Shown one piece after another: positions 1 to 13,439 of a stretch of DNA of 64,000 bases. The stretch is from the NCBI RefSeq assembly GCF_963921235.1, contig NC_086108.1:31498001-31562000 (forward strand). Reading direction: 5' to 3'. A program made the translations under genes and the position numbers. The notes under the pieces were generated by a model. The model ran no database searches. It worked only from the letters and a program-made list of their open reading frames with translations, and had not been told where the DNA came from. Source of the stretch: Mobula hypostoma (taxonomy: Eukaryota). Each line of letters starts with the position of its first letter. Within the stretch, counting starts at the first letter, position 1.

Positions 1-452
1 ATATGAAGAAAGACTGGATGAACTGGGCTTGTACTCGTTGGAATTTAGAAGATTGAGGGGGGATCTGATTGAAACGTATAAGATCCTAAAGGGATTGGAC
101 AGGCTAGATGCAGGAAGATTGTTCCCGATGTTGGGGAGGTCTAGAACGAGGGGTCACAGTTTGAGGATAGAGGGGAAGCCTTTTAGGACCGAGGTTAGGA
201 AAAACTTCTTCACACAGAGAGTGGTGAATCTGTGGAATTCTCTGCCACAGCAAACTGTTGAGGCCAGTTCATTAGCTATGTTTAAAAGGAAGTTAGATAT
301 GGCCCTTGTGGCTACAGGGGTCAGGGGGTATGGAGGGAAGGCTGGGTTCTGAGTTGGATGATCAGCCATGATCATAATAAATGGCGGTGCAGGCTCGAAG
401 GGCCGAATGGCCTACTCCTGCACCTATTTTCTATGTTTCTATGTTTCTATAT
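1..452 (+). mobile_element. CR1 LINE 3' end (young subfamily)
   Basis: ORF2 C-terminus LYSLEFRRLRGDLIETYK...FFTQRVV; (TTTCTATG)n tail. Confidence 0.9.
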
Positions 453-1190
453 CCCGTCAGCCCTTGGGGCTTACCTATCCTAATGTTTTTCAAAAGTCCG
501 AGCACATCCTCTTCCATAAAATCACCATGTTCTAGCAAATCAGCCTGTTTTACATGGTCCTCACAAAGGTCAAGGACCTCACAGTGGTGAATACTGAAAC
601 AAAAGCATTCATTAAGGACCTTCACTACCTCCTTCCTCCAACTCCAGGTACATACTTCCTCTTCTATTGCTGACTGATCCAACCCTCATTCTAGTCATCC
701 TCCTGTTCTTCACATATCTATAGAATGCCTTGGAGTTTTCCTTAATCCTACTCACCAAGGCCTTCTATGTCCCCTTCTAATTCTCCTAAGTCCATACTTC
801 AGCTCCTTGGTTGCTACCTTGTAACTCCCAGGAGCCCCATCTGGTCCTTGCTTAGTAAACCTTAAGCAAGCATCTTTCTTTCTCTTGACTAGGTGTTCCA
901 CATCTCTTGTCAACCATGGTTCTTTCACCCTACCATCCTTTAGCTGCCTCAGTGGGGCAAACCTATCCAGAACCCCATGCAAGCATTCACAAACCAACGT
1001 ACACATTTACATTTTGCATTTCCCTAAATACATCCGTTCCCAAATTTTGCTCCAAAGTTTTTGCATAGTAGCATTATAATTCATCTCCTCACAATTAAGT
1101 ACGTTCCCATACCATCAGCTCCTATTTCTATCCAAAGCCATGATAAAGGTCAGGGAGATGTGGTCACTGTTTCAGAATGCTCATCCATAC
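453..1190 (-). mobile_element. CR1 LINE ORF2 fragment, decayed
   Basis: EPWLTRDV...KRKK, VLNECF, GKPQG (K-SPGPD-like) motifs in ORFs 752..1006 and 431..682. Confidence 0.75.
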
Positions 1191-1334
1191 TATACAATCC
1201 ATTCTTTATAGCAAGCAGAGGAAAGCAGTGACCAACCTTGCCAGCATTTATTTATGGTTGTTTCTGGTTGATGTCCAGCTTGTCACATTCCCCAGAAAAA
1301 AGTTTTGGTGCTTTAGCTGTAGACTGAGCACTTT

Positions 1335-1335
<1 letters not shown>

Positions 1336-1379
<44 letters not shown>

Positions 1380-1412
1380 TGTATGAGAGTGTGTAGAGAG
1401 AGAGTGTGTATG

Positions 1413-1486
<74 letters not shown>

Positions 1487-1496
1487 CGTGTGTGTG

Positions 1497-1570
<74 letters not shown>
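1336..1570. repeat. Compound (GA)n/(GT)n microsatellite with GAGC interruptions
   Basis: Seen directly. Confidence 0.98.
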
Positions 1571-1571
<1 letters not shown>

Positions 1572-2224
1572 ATCCACATAGTATCCAATGAGTTTAAGAA
1601 CGCATGGTGAAATGTGCAGTTGATAGCAGAGTTACCCTTTAATTGGTAGCTAAATAGCACGCTCCTTTTTTTTAGTTTTGTGATTGTTCATGAGTCTATT
1701 TTTGGATTTTGAAACTCCAGTTTATTTCACATGGTCTTGAAATGTGTTGTGCAGGAGTTATGTGATGGGGTGCACATCCGGTGTTGTAAACTATTAGACG
1801 TGCATCATTACTGCAAATATTTGATACAATTTTGTTACCTGCAAAACTCTGTTCACTTGAATGATTGCTCACATGTATATGTGTAGGATCACAGAGCAAA
1901 CCTGTGTGGATAAAATTTGCTCTTTTTTTTTTGCATGTTGGCTGTTTGATGTTTTCTATGAATAGCACCATGGTGATTCTTTGTTTCATGCCTGCCTGTG
2001 AGAGGACAAACCTCAGAGTTGTAATCTGTATGCATACTTTGATAATAAATATTTGAATTTTGATTCTTGGCTGAGCAGGGCCTTGGAGAAGCTTGATACC
2101 AGCTGTGAGTTTACAAATCTAATGCCGGTAATCATTCAACCACCTCAACTCCCTTTCCAGTCCCCCAGCCATTTTTCCACCAACCTCAACTCAAGACCCC
2201 ACCTACTTTGCAATTTTGGTCACC

Positions 2225-2735
2225 TACCTGTAGGAAAGATGTAAACAAGGTTGAAAGAGTACAGAGAAAATTTACAAGGATGTTGCCAGGTCTGGAGGAC
2301 CTGAGTTATAAGGAAATATTGATTGTTAAGACTGTATTCTTTAGGATAGAGGATTGAGAGAAGATTTGATAGAGATTTTCAAAATGATGAGAGGTATAGA
2401 TAGGGTAAATGCAAGCAGGCTTTTCACACTGAGGTTGAGTGGAACTACAACTCGAGATCATGGGTTAAGGGTGAAAGGAGAGAAGCTGAAGAGGAACATG
2501 AGAGGAAACTTCTTCACTCAGAGAGTTGTGAGAGTGTGGAATGGGCTACCAGCACAAGTGGTGTATGTGACCTCGGTTTCAATATTCAAGAGGAAGTTTG
2601 GATGGGTACATGGATTGTTGGTGTATGGAGGGCTATGGTCCCGGTGCAGGTTGATAAGAGTAGGCAGTTTAAATGCTTTCAGCATGGACTAGATGGGCCA
2701 AAGGGCCTGTTTCTGTGCTGTGCTTCTCTATGACT
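2225..2735 (+). mobile_element. CR1 LINE 3' fragment
   Basis: REDLIEIFKMMRGIDRV...FFTQRVV. Confidence 0.85.
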
Positions 2736-3152
2736 TCTCCAAATTAATTTACTAATGGCCATTTAGCTGAAAAGCATTTCAGATAACACTTCAAAATTGC
2801 AAGTTTAAAGTTCAGTGTAAATTTATTATCAAAGTACGTATATGTCACCACATGCTACTCTGAGATTCATTTCCTTGCAGGCATTTAATGTAGAAAAAGA
2901 AATACACAAAGACTGACAAGTGACCAAGATGCAAAAGAAGACAAACTGTGCAAGTACAAAAATGCGGTAAGGGTATGAAAAGATAACAAGATCAAATGAT
3001 AATACAATCTGTAATTCTAAACTCACTCTCTAATTTACTGAATCGAATGAAAATAGTGTATCAAATCTGAGACAACCAAATAAATTATACCTTGACACAC
3101 CTTCTATACATGGACAATTTGAAATTATACACTCCTTCATCAGAAAAGTTAA

Positions 3153-4005
3153 GTGGGCAAATTCATGGCAGATGCGATTTAATGTGGATAAATGTGAGAT
3201 CATCCACTTTGGTGGCAAAAACAGGAAAACAGATTATTATCTGAATGGTGGCTGATTAGAAAAAGGGGAGGTGCAACGAGACCTGGGTGTCATTATACAC
3301 CAGTCATTGAAAGTGGACATGCAGGTACAGCAGGCGGTGAAAAAGGCGAATGGTATGCTGGCATTCATAGCAAGAGGATTCAAGTACAGGAGCAGGGAGG
3401 TACTACTGCAGTTTACGAGGCCTTGGGGAGACCACACCTGGAGTACTGTGTGCAGTTTTGGTCCCCTAATCTGAGGAAAGACATCCTTGCCATAGAGGGA
3501 GTACAAAGAAGGTTCACCAGATTGATTCCTGGGATGGCAGGACTTTCATATGATGAAAGACTGGATGAACTGGGCTCATACTCGTTGGAATTTGGAAGAT
3601 TGGGGGGGGATCTTATTGAAAAGTATAAAATCCTAAAAGGATTGGACAGGCTAGATGCAGGAAGATTGTTCCCGATGTTGGGGAAGTCCAGAACGAGGGG
3701 TCACAGTTTGAGGATAAAGGGGAAGCCTTTTAGGACCGAGATTAGGAAAAACTTCTTCACACAGAGAGTGGTGAATCTGTGGAATTCTCTGCCACAGGAA
3801 ACAGTTGAGGCCAGTTCATTGGCTATATTTAAGAGGGAGTTAGATATAGGCCTTTTGGCTAAAGGGATCAGGGGGTATAGAGGGAAGGCTGGTACAGTAT
3901 TCTGAGTTGGATGATCAGCCATGATCATACTGAATGGCGGTGCAGGCTCGAAGGGCTGAATGGCCTATTCCTGCACCTATTTTCTATGTTTCTATGTTTC
4001 TATGT
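3153..4005 (+). mobile_element. CR1 LINE 3' end (same young subfamily as 1-452 and 61121-64000)
   Basis: RPHLEYCVQFWSP...VQRRFTRLIPG; (TTTCTATG)n tail. Confidence 0.92.
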
Positions 4006-5870
4006 TGAACCAAGCCCAGTAGAAAAGCAGAATTCTTTCATGTTGTTAATATTGACCAGCAAAAAGCATTCGATTCTGTCCCACACTCATGGTTATTAGA
4101 AGTTCTTAATCTATAAAAACTACACCCAATACTTGTGAAGTTCCGACAACATTTGATGAAGCATTGGTGTAATCACCATATCTATTAATGACCAAAATGG
4201 AACAACCACTGTTATCAAAATAAACCAAAGTATTTTCCGGGGTGACTCTCTCAGCCGACTTTTGTTTTGTCTAGCTTTAAACCCACTCTCTAATTTACTG
4301 AATCGAATGAAAATAGTGTATCAAATCAGAGACAACCAAATAAATTATACCTTGACACACCTTCTATACATAGACAATTTGAAATTATACACTCCTTCAT
4401 CAGAAAAGTTAAAGCAATTAATTCAAATAAAGATATAATCATGAACTTTGGACTAGATAAGTGCAGAACATTAAATATAAGGAAAGGTGCAATAGGGCTA
4501 GTAGAATATAAAGCAGAGCAGCATGATACAATACAACCGAGGGATGAATATGAAAAATATAAGTATCTGGGATATCAACAAGCAAAGAAAATCAATCAAA
4601 GGGAAAATTTTCAATGGAATTTACTTCAAGGTTCAAGAGAATCTACCAAACAGAGATCAGCAGTAAAAATATAACAAAGGCAATAAACACTTTTGCTGTA
4701 CCCCATATTAATACATTCTTTTGGCATAATAACTGGAAAATCTACAAAGAAAAATAAGGACTGGTAGGACAAATTTAAAAACACTATGCACACTCAAACA
4801 CACTTAGACTAACACTACCTAGGACAAAGAAGAATGAAGAATAGCAGACATAAAAAAATTACACAAACAGTTAGATAAAACCTCCAAGGATGTATTGTAC
4901 TTTCATCAACAAAAATAGAATTCTGCACTCCACACGAGCATATACAATCACGATAAGAAGTATACACCACTAAACTTAGGTGAATGCACAACTCAGAAAC
5001 AGGAGAAAATTATCACCACAGAAGAAAAAGTTAACCAATGGAAGAGCATGACACTACATGGAAGGCATCCCCATGATCTGAGCAGACTAGATGTTGACAA
5101 GGAAACATAGAACGCCTGGCTCAGAGCTGGAAACCTCTTCCCAAGAGCAGAGAGGTTCCTTGAGCAAAACAGGGCCAGGTGGTGAACACAAAAATTATCA
5201 ACAATGCATAATAAAAGACCAAAAAAATTCAAGATGATAAATGCAGAAAATGCAAAGAGAAACCAGAAACAATCCAACTCATTTCAGGATCCTGCAGCAG
5301 TTTAACTTCAATCTGATTACTTACACAGGCACAATTAGGTGGCAAGCACCTTTCACCAAAATCTTGCTTTAAACTCATAAGAGACACCACACCTTACTAT
5401 AAATACAAGCTTGACCCAGTTTTAGAGTCAGAGTCCTGCAAATTATCCATTGTTACAGATAGGACGATCTATAACAACCGTCCAGATATAATATTACAGG
5501 ATAAACAAGCAAGAACAACTTACTTAGTAGATATAACCAGTCCAAGCACACATAACATTCAGAACTCAATAAATTAAATGACACCAGAAGTATGTTGAAT
5601 TTATAGGGGAAATTGAAAGAATATGTAATATGAACAGGATATACATTGTCCCTATAGTAATATCTACAACGGTATCATCCCAAAGCCCCCACACAATAGA
5701 ATTGAACGATTATGCCTACACAGCAATACTTAGGTAAGTCTCCAGAAAGCCACAATACTAAACATCATTAGGGTAGTCTCAAAGGTCCTAGCATTTGAGA
5801 AAGGAGTGAGCTTGCCCATGCTTGTATCTCAGGTTTTACTAGCTTGAGTTGAGCGAAAAAAACAATAATA
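4006..5870 (+). mobile_element. R4/Dong(Rex6)-clade non-LTR retrotransposon with RLE endonuclease, decayed
   Basis: KAFDSVPHSWLLEVL, IFRGDSLS-LLFCLALNPLS, THLLY-D-LKLY, MNFGLDKC RT motifs; DKCRKC-ETIQ zinc knuckle; NRPDIILQDK RLE motif; A/TAA-rich 3' end; many stops and frameshifts. Confidence 0.75.
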
Positions 5871-7263
5871 GGTAGTAGGGATAGTCCGGGTAATTATAGA
5901 CCAGTGAGCCTTACGTCTGTGGTGGGAAAGCTGTTGGGAAAGATTCTTAGAGATAGGATCTCTGGGCATTTAGAGAATCGTGGTCTGATCAGGGACAGTC
6001 AGCATGGCTTTGTGAAGGGCAGATCGTGTCTAACAAGCCTGATAGAGTTCTTTGAGGAGGTGACCAGGCATATAGATGAGGGTAGTGCAGTGGATGTGAT
6101 CTATATGGATTTTATTAAGGCATTTGACAAGGTTCCACATGGTAGGCTTATTCAGAAAGTCAGAAGGCATGGGATCCAGGAAAGTTTGGCCAGGTGGATT
6201 CAGAATTGGCTTGCCTGCAGAAGGCAGAGGGTGGTGGTGGAGGGAGTACATTCAGATTGGAGGGTTGTGACTAGTGGTGTCCCACAAGGATCTGTTTTGG
6301 GACCTCTACTTTTCATGATTTTTATTAACGACCTGAATATGGGGGTAGAAGGGTGGGTTGGCAAGTTTGCAGATGACACAAAGGTTGGTGGTGTTGTAGA
6401 TAGTGTAGAGGATTGTTGAAGATTGCAGAGAGACATTGATAGGATGCAGAAGTGGGCTGAGAAGTGGCAGATGGAGTTCAACCCGGAGAAGTGTGAGGTG
6501 GTACACATTGGAAGGACAAACTCCAAGGCAGAGTACAAAGTTAATGGCAGGATACTTGGTAGTGTGGAGGAGCAGAGGGATCTGGGGGTGCATGTCCAGA
6601 GATCCCTGAAAATTGCCTCACAGGTGGATAGGGTAGTTAAGAAAGCTTATGGGGTGTTAGCTTTCATAAGTCGAGGGACAGAGTTTAAGAGTCGCGATGT
6701 AATGATGCAGCTCTATAAAACTTTGGTTAGGCCACACTTGGAGTACTGTGTCCAGTTCTGGTCACCTCACTATAGGAAGGATGTGGAAGCATTGGAAAGG
6801 GTACAGAGGAGATTTACCAGGATGCTGCCTGGTTTAGAGAGTATGCAATATGATCAGAGATTAAGGGAGCTAGGGCTTTACTCTTTGGAGAGAAGGAGGA
6901 TGAGAGGAGACATGATAGATGTGTACAAGATAATAAGAGGAATAGGTAGAGTGGATAGCCAGCGCCTCTTCCCCAGGGCACCACTGCTCAATACAAGAGG
7001 ACATGGCTTTAAGGTAAGGGGTGGGAAGTTCAGGGGGGATATTAGAGGAAGGTTTTTTACTCAGAGAGTGGTTGGTGCGTGAAATGCACTGCCTGAGTCA
7101 GTGGTGGAGACAGATACACTAGTGAAATTTAAGAGACTACTAGACAGGTATATGGAGGAATTTAAGGTGGGGGCTTATATGGGAGGCAGGGTTTGAGGGT
7201 CGGTACAACATTGTGGGCCGAAGGGCCTGTACTGTGTTGTACTGTTCTATGTTCTATGTTCTA
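5871..7263 (+). mobile_element. CR1 LINE, 5'-truncated RT region to 3' tail
   Basis: [41 protein letters not shown]; (GTTCTAT)n tail. Confidence 0.95.
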
Positions 7264-7696
7264 TAAATAGTGATTAAATAATACAGAGAAAATGAGTTGT
7301 AAGGATCTTGTAAGTGAGTCTACAGCTTGTGGAATCAGTTCATTGTTGAGGTGAGAGAAGTTGTCCATATCAATTCAGGAGCCTGATGGTTGAAGAGTAA
7401 TAACTGTTCCTGAAATTGATGTGGGACTTAGGGCTCCTGTACCTCCTTCCCTATGGCACCAGCAAGAGGAGAGCATGGCCTAGATGGTGAAGGTCTTAAT
7501 GATGGATGCTACTATCTGGTGACAGTGCAATTTGTACATGTACTCAATGGTGGGAAAGGCTCTGATCAACTAGGCCATATCCACCACTTCTTGTAGCTTT
7601 TTTCGTTTCTGAACGTTGGTGTTTCCATACCAGGCCATGATACAAGCAGTCAGGATACTCTTTACTGTCCATCTACAGAAGCTTTAGATGATGTCC

Positions 7697-7944
7697 TGTA
7701 TGCATTTAATATTTCATATATTCGAGTAATATGGTAAATATATTGTTTGATTAAGCATTTTTTGTCTCTTTAAATAACTCATTACTGGTTTTATATATAA
7801 TACCGTGGGAATAGCATACATTATCATAACACCACATCATATGAGTATGCCTCACTTAAAGTAAAAGAAAACTAAGACCCGTTCTCCTGGGCTCTCATCT
7901 TAAAAATTACATTTTTTTACGTTTTGGAGTTACAAGACATAACA
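7697..7944. mobile_element. Probable short solo LTR
   Basis: TG...CA termini; cleanly interrupts Rex1-type sequence; TSD only approximate. Confidence 0.45.
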
Positions 7945-8767
7945 GTGCCAAATCTGTGCAAACTTCTAAGAAAGTACAGGTGCTGCCGTGCCTTCTTTGT
8001 CATGGCACTTACACCCGGATGAGAAGTCATATGATCACAAGTAACCTTGGTGCTTTTTCAAACCAGGGCAGTGCTCTGCTCACATTTCTGTCCCTCAGCA
8101 AAATGCTACAGAATAGATAACACGATCATATCACAGATTCCTAGCATTGTATAGGCCCTTCAGTCCAGTGACTTTGGCAGGCCATCAAACCCCCATTAAA
8201 GTTAGTTCTTGTGGGATCATGCTGTGCACAGCTTAGCTGCCTCTTTCCCCACATAAGCCAGGTTGCCCATTCTTCTGAAGTACTTGATTCATTGCAAAAC
8301 AATTGTTAAATATGCTTGTTACAGACCTCAGACCAGACAGCAAAGTCAAATCCCATTGCTAATTCTGCTAAGATCTGCCAAGGTCTTCAAAGGAGCGCAA
8401 TTGACCAAAATTTGTTGCCAAGCAACATGCAATATTAAGGCAGATTCTGAGAAGCTTGGATGGAAAGTGAAGGAGAGATGAAGAAGTTTGGGGATAAAAT
8501 TTGAGAACTTAAACACAAGGCAGCAGATGGCATGACCAACTTTAATAGAGCAAAGATGCTCAAGAGCTCAAACTTAGAAGTCATTTGATACCGTGAGGTT
8601 TAATAGGGCTGCAGGAAATGGCAGAGATTGGCAGTGGTCAGGCTGTGATTCTAGAAAATGCTCAAGAATTGTGAGGCTATCTCTAGTATGTAGTGACTAT
8701 TACTCAGACCATCCGATCAAGCATATCAGATGCAGAGCATAAAACCAAAATATTTAGGGTGAGGATA

Positions 8768-9393
8768 TTTAGATTATGAGGACACGCAGTCCTCTTTTAT
8801 TGTCATTTAGTAATGCATGCATTAAGAAATGATACAATATTTCCTCCGGTGTGATATCACAAAACACAGGACAGACCAAGACTGAAAAAAACTGAAAAAA
8901 ACGACATAATTATAACATATAGTTACAACAGAGCAACAATACCATAATTTGATGAAGAAGTCCATGAGCACAGTAAAAGTTCAAAGTCTCTCAAATGTCC
9001 CACATCTCACGCAGATGGGAGAAAGAAGAAAAACTCTCCCTCCCATACCCGACCACGGTCCGACTCTGAGTCATCCGAAAACTTCGAGCTCTGATCAGCT
9101 GTCCGACACCGAGTACTGAGCGCCATCTCTATCCGAGCGATTCGACCTCCATCTCGGTCGCCAACAGCAGGCAGAGCTGGGGATTTTGAGGCCTTCCCTC
9201 CAAAAGATTCTCGACCATGCAGTAATGACAGCAGCGAATGAGCATTTCAGAAATTTTTCCAGATGTTCCTCTGTGCTTTCACATCCGTCTCCAGCAAATC
9301 AGAATTGCCCACGGCCCCTATTTAATGGATACGATATCATTTTTCACTGGAGGGCTGCGCATGCACAACCCGTTGCTTTCTCTCCTCCCGCCG
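8768..9393 (-). mobile_element. Non-autonomous LINE-derived retroelement (copy 1)
   Basis: Homologous to 26537-27222; minus strand ends ACAATAAAAGAGGACTGCGTGTCCTCATAATCT. Confidence 0.7.
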
Positions 9394-10689
9394 TATTTTA
9401 AATCAGTTTTCCCTTGACTTGAGTAATATGAACATACAGAAACAACAGACAAGAGCCATTGGTTCGTCCCATAGACCCAATAAATTGCAATGCCATTGTG
9501 CAATACAATGCTTACACTACCCAGTGTCACCATTGTCCGCTCTTTTCAATCTTCTGGCAGACAAAAATCAACAGACTTAGAAAGCACAGGACAAGATTCA
9601 AAAAGAAAGAAGAAAACTAGAAAGCTGCTCTCTGGTGCATTTCAATATCGGACACTATTCCAGGGAATCATGTTCATCCTAATTGGCCATGGATACTATT
9701 TTATTGCCCTACAGGTTCCGTCTGGGAACACACATTAAATCAGACTTGCATGGGAGCATTCTTTTACATACTCTAAGGACAAGACACTATCCTCATACAC
9801 CTTTGTACTAAATATCCCTTCCTCCATGTGATACATTGTGGAAGATGGGTCTGATTCATTGCTTGTGGGGCAGGAGATTGTGGTCACAATGGGGAGGGCC
9901 CATGGCAAGGGTGATTCATGGAGCATCAGCTGGAGGTGGGAGGGGGCTGGGGACCTCAAGTACTGAGTCACTGCATTTAGGCGGAGGGGGTGGTGGTTGG
10001 TGTTGGTGAAGTGACAGTCAGTTGGCTGCTTCTGGTCCCAGTTGGTGGGGCTCTTTGGGTTTGGGATGAGTTTTCCATGCTTCCTGTGGGACTTGCACAC
10101 ACAGAACAGAACAGCAAGTATGAGGTGAGTTTATTTATTTATAGCTCCAGAAGGAAAATCACAGACTTCACAATCTGCAAGGTTTAATTAAAGGAAAAAT
10201 GCATACAACCCACACTGTGCACTTAAATGTCACTGTGCACAATACAATCTCCAGACATTGTTTCCTGCAGCCAAGACAGAAGCAGGCTAGGCTCGCAGTT
10301 CAATTCCAACATCTTGGAATCAGACTCCAGGCATGCATTGAACTGTGTCTCCTCAAGAACATTGTCCTGGCTGGGAAGAAATACAGCTGGCAACGTAACT
10401 TTGTTAGGACTAAAAACTATGTTATGCCAGCAGGAAAAGAGAATATTTTGAGATTCCCATTAGCATCTAATATAACTACACTTCACAAGGACAGATGGTT
10501 ATTTATGTACCTTTTTATACATGACAACATGTTATCCTGAAGCATTTACTCCCTAGTGAAGCACTTTTGAAGCAGATCACTATAGTAATGAAGGAAATTC
10601 TGCAGCACTGAAAATTTGTGTCCGCTGTTGACTCAACCTCTAGCCAAGATGTTCTAGTGCGAGTAGTACACTGATATGTTAGCCATCTA

Positions 10690-11160
10690 CCAACAATGTG
10701 GAAAGTTATCCAGGCCTGTTTTTGTAATAAAATGCAAGACAGTTCTAATCCAGCTAACTCTTGCCCATTCTATTCTCAATCATCTGCAAAGTAATAGAAG
10801 ATGTCAGCAGTGTTATCAACCAGCAATGCCAGGTTTGGATTTTACCTGAACTACTCTGCACCAGGAGTTTATCATCATCTCAGTGCACACAAACTAAAAA
10901 GCTGAATTCCAGAGGCAAGGCAAGGTGCCTGCTCTTGGTATCAAAACAAACATGGCATCGTGGAGCCCTGGTAAAGCTGAAATCAATGAATATCCAGCGG
11001 AAACACTGTAAAGATTAGAGCCATACCTCAGTCAAAAGAAGTTTGCTGGCTTCTCCGAGGTAAATAGTCCTGTCCTCAGGGCACCACTGAAGGGAGCTGC
11101 CTTGGGCAGAGTCCTGGGTCCATCTGTCTCCAGCTACTTCATCACTAGTCTGCAACAAAC
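10690..11160 (+). mobile_element. Old L2/CR1-group RT remnant
   Basis: Degenerate P-ANS-PIL-SIICKVIE (NYRPISLL-like) and GRVLGP motifs. Confidence 0.5.
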
Positions 11161-11869
11161 ACAAAATCACAAATGAGTTACAGATGAGATGAGATTATTT
11201 ATACTGAAAAATGCAGGAATACTTTACAAAAGATAATACCAACAGACTGTTACTGTCCCAGAGATATGTTTCATTGAGATGTTCATTTTATATGTTTTTG
11301 TCGTAAATTCATGATTATTTTATCATCTTAAAATAATGTTTGATTAAAAATTTTGTGCTCTTTATGTAAGGTTTTATTTAATGTAGAGTGTAACAGGCCA
11401 CATGACCAGAGTTTAATAAAAGCATGACTGTGGTATTATGGATCAGAACCAACATGGAAGCAGAGAGAGTTATATAGCCCTAAAATAACCTTATTCTGCA
11501 TATGGTCCAAGAGGTGCACACAGTAATTATTTGTTTTATATTGTGTATAATGTTGTTGATGTGCCTTTACATGGACAGTGTGATACGTTTTTAGTGATTT
11601 TATTTAGATTTCAGCACACCTTTGTTGTGCTAATGTGTTTGGGCATGTTTATTGGCGGACACTAGCTTGAGAGATTTTAAAAGACTGAGAGATGTATGCT
11701 TCAATCCTCCTATGTCCTTTATTTTCTTGTAGCTTTCACGGTGTCTACTGAAGAAAGAGAGAGAGAGAGAAATAAAAATAAATCTTCAGGGACATCTGTA
11801 TGATGGGTGGCCATTATTTCATTGGACCAGTGTAGTTACAAGAACACTTATAAAACAGTGCAAATATGA

Positions 11870-12690
11870 GGAATGGAGGTCATGCTTAACAAATCTACTG
11901 GATTTTTGTGGAGGAAGTATCTGGTGGAATAGGCAGGGGATAACCAAATGATATAGGACATTTAGGCTTCCAGAAAGCTTTTGATAAGGTCCCTACAAGC
12001 AAGTTTTTCCTTGAAATCAGTGTGCAATATTATAGCATTAGGATATGTGTCAAGAACAGAGGATTGGTTGATAGATAGAAAATAGGGAATAGGCATTAAC
12101 ATTTTTTTTCTGATTGTTTGCATTTAGAACTGGGGTTCTGGGGGCCGGCTGGTAGCACAATGACAACAGCGCCAGACTCTGGAACGGAGGTTCCCGGGTT
12201 CAAACCCAGTCGGGTCCGCTCCCGAGTACGCCTACCATCCGCAACTCAACCTCGTAAAATAAGGGGGAAAATGCTGCGAAATGTCTGTGTGGGGAGTGGT
12301 GCGCCACACAGTCTCTCTCCTTCTCTCTCTCTTTCTCGCTCCGTGTCTTGTAAAGGCATGGAAAAGACATCATTCCGCCAACATCACAGATGCACACGCA
12401 TGCACACACATACCAAAAAAAAAAGAACTGGGGTTCTGCAGGGATTGGTGCTTGGCCCAACCATTCTCTATATTAATAACTTCGATAAAGGAACTAAAAG
12501 TAACATCCGCGAATCTGCAGAGGAAAAAGGGGCATACTGTATAAGTTGTGTGTTTTCCATGGAGTGATTACAAAGAAGGTTCATTAAGCCGATTCCTGAA
12601 AAAAAGCAAGATTGATATATGAGGAGAGGTGTTCACAGGAGTTTAGGACATAGCAGAAGATCTCACAGATACTTATAACATTTTAGGTTC
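11870..12690 (+). mobile_element. Old CR1 remnant interrupted by a SINE
   Basis: FQKAFDKVP and GVLQGLVLGP motifs. Confidence 0.6.
12141..12423 (+). mobile_element. tRNA-derived SINE with poly(A) tail and 15-bp TSD
   Basis: A box TAGCACAATG, B box GGTTCAAACCC; TSD AGAACTGGGGTTCTG at 12126-12140 and 12424-12438. Confidence 0.85.
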
Positions 12691-13439
12691 TTGTGTGTGA
12701 TTCTCTTTCACATTTCTGACATTTTTCTAGCATCAGATATGCATCCACAGACATCACCTGCAGTGCTGCAGACTTTTGCACACTTACTGGCAGGAATCGG
12801 CTGGTAAAGGAGCTAACTAAAACTTGCATTTTTCGATAACAGAACGCAGAGCAAGTTACCAAGGTGACTCAAGTTAAAGGGACCCCACTGGGGTGTCAAT
12901 ATTTTGTGCATAGCCTCTGGGAAGTCACATTTCTGTGCACAGTTTTTGTGCACAAGTTTCATTATCGATCATCTCAGCATCTCAGTATTATGCAGTTTTA
13001 TTTTAGTTTTTATGATTTTACTGCTTTTTTGCATTAAAGTCTTATTTGATACGTCTTTTTTCACTGTCTTGTATAATTTAGGTGTAAGTTAGGTTTTGTG
13101 TGTTATATGAATGAAGATGCAGGCAGGTTTGTCGTTAACCCTGTATCTCACTGTTCTTGCTGACATGACAATGAACTCGACTTGACTTGGCTTCCACCTC
13201 AGTACCTGATACTGCAGTCACAGGGCCTGTAATGTGCCGTTAACCCCCAGTGGCCTCTCATGGGATGGTGATCCATCAGATTAGCCAATTGTGTGAGGAG
13301 ACATGCCATCTCCCCTTCCTCCCCTTCCTCTGTTTTCTCTCACCTCTATGGTACCCTCTCTGCAGATCTACTGCAGAAGTATTCCATAAGGCCTGAGCTG
13401 ATTCCAAGCCACCAGTGCAGCAAGGACACGGCAACTACA

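Larger units (their letters stand above)
2800..8015 (-). mobile_element. Rex1/Babar-type LINE 3' end split by later insertions (pieces ~2800-2963, ~7264-7696, ~7945-8015)
   Basis: Pieces match in reverse complement the Rex1-type copies at 21030-21695 and 54030-54700 and are collinear across the insertions. Confidence 0.65.

Noticed and set aside
1248..1660. His-Thr repeat ORFs
   Set aside because: Translation of the (GT)n/(GA)n microsatellite
9975..10085. Ser/Thr/Pro-rich minus-strand mini-ORF (MENSSQTQRAPPTG...)
   Set aside because: Short and low complexity, and cannot be linked to a gene model
12141..12215. tRNA gene (also at 15968 and 26041)
   Set aside because: A/B boxes are present but belong to TSD-flanked SINE heads; no convincing cloverleaf
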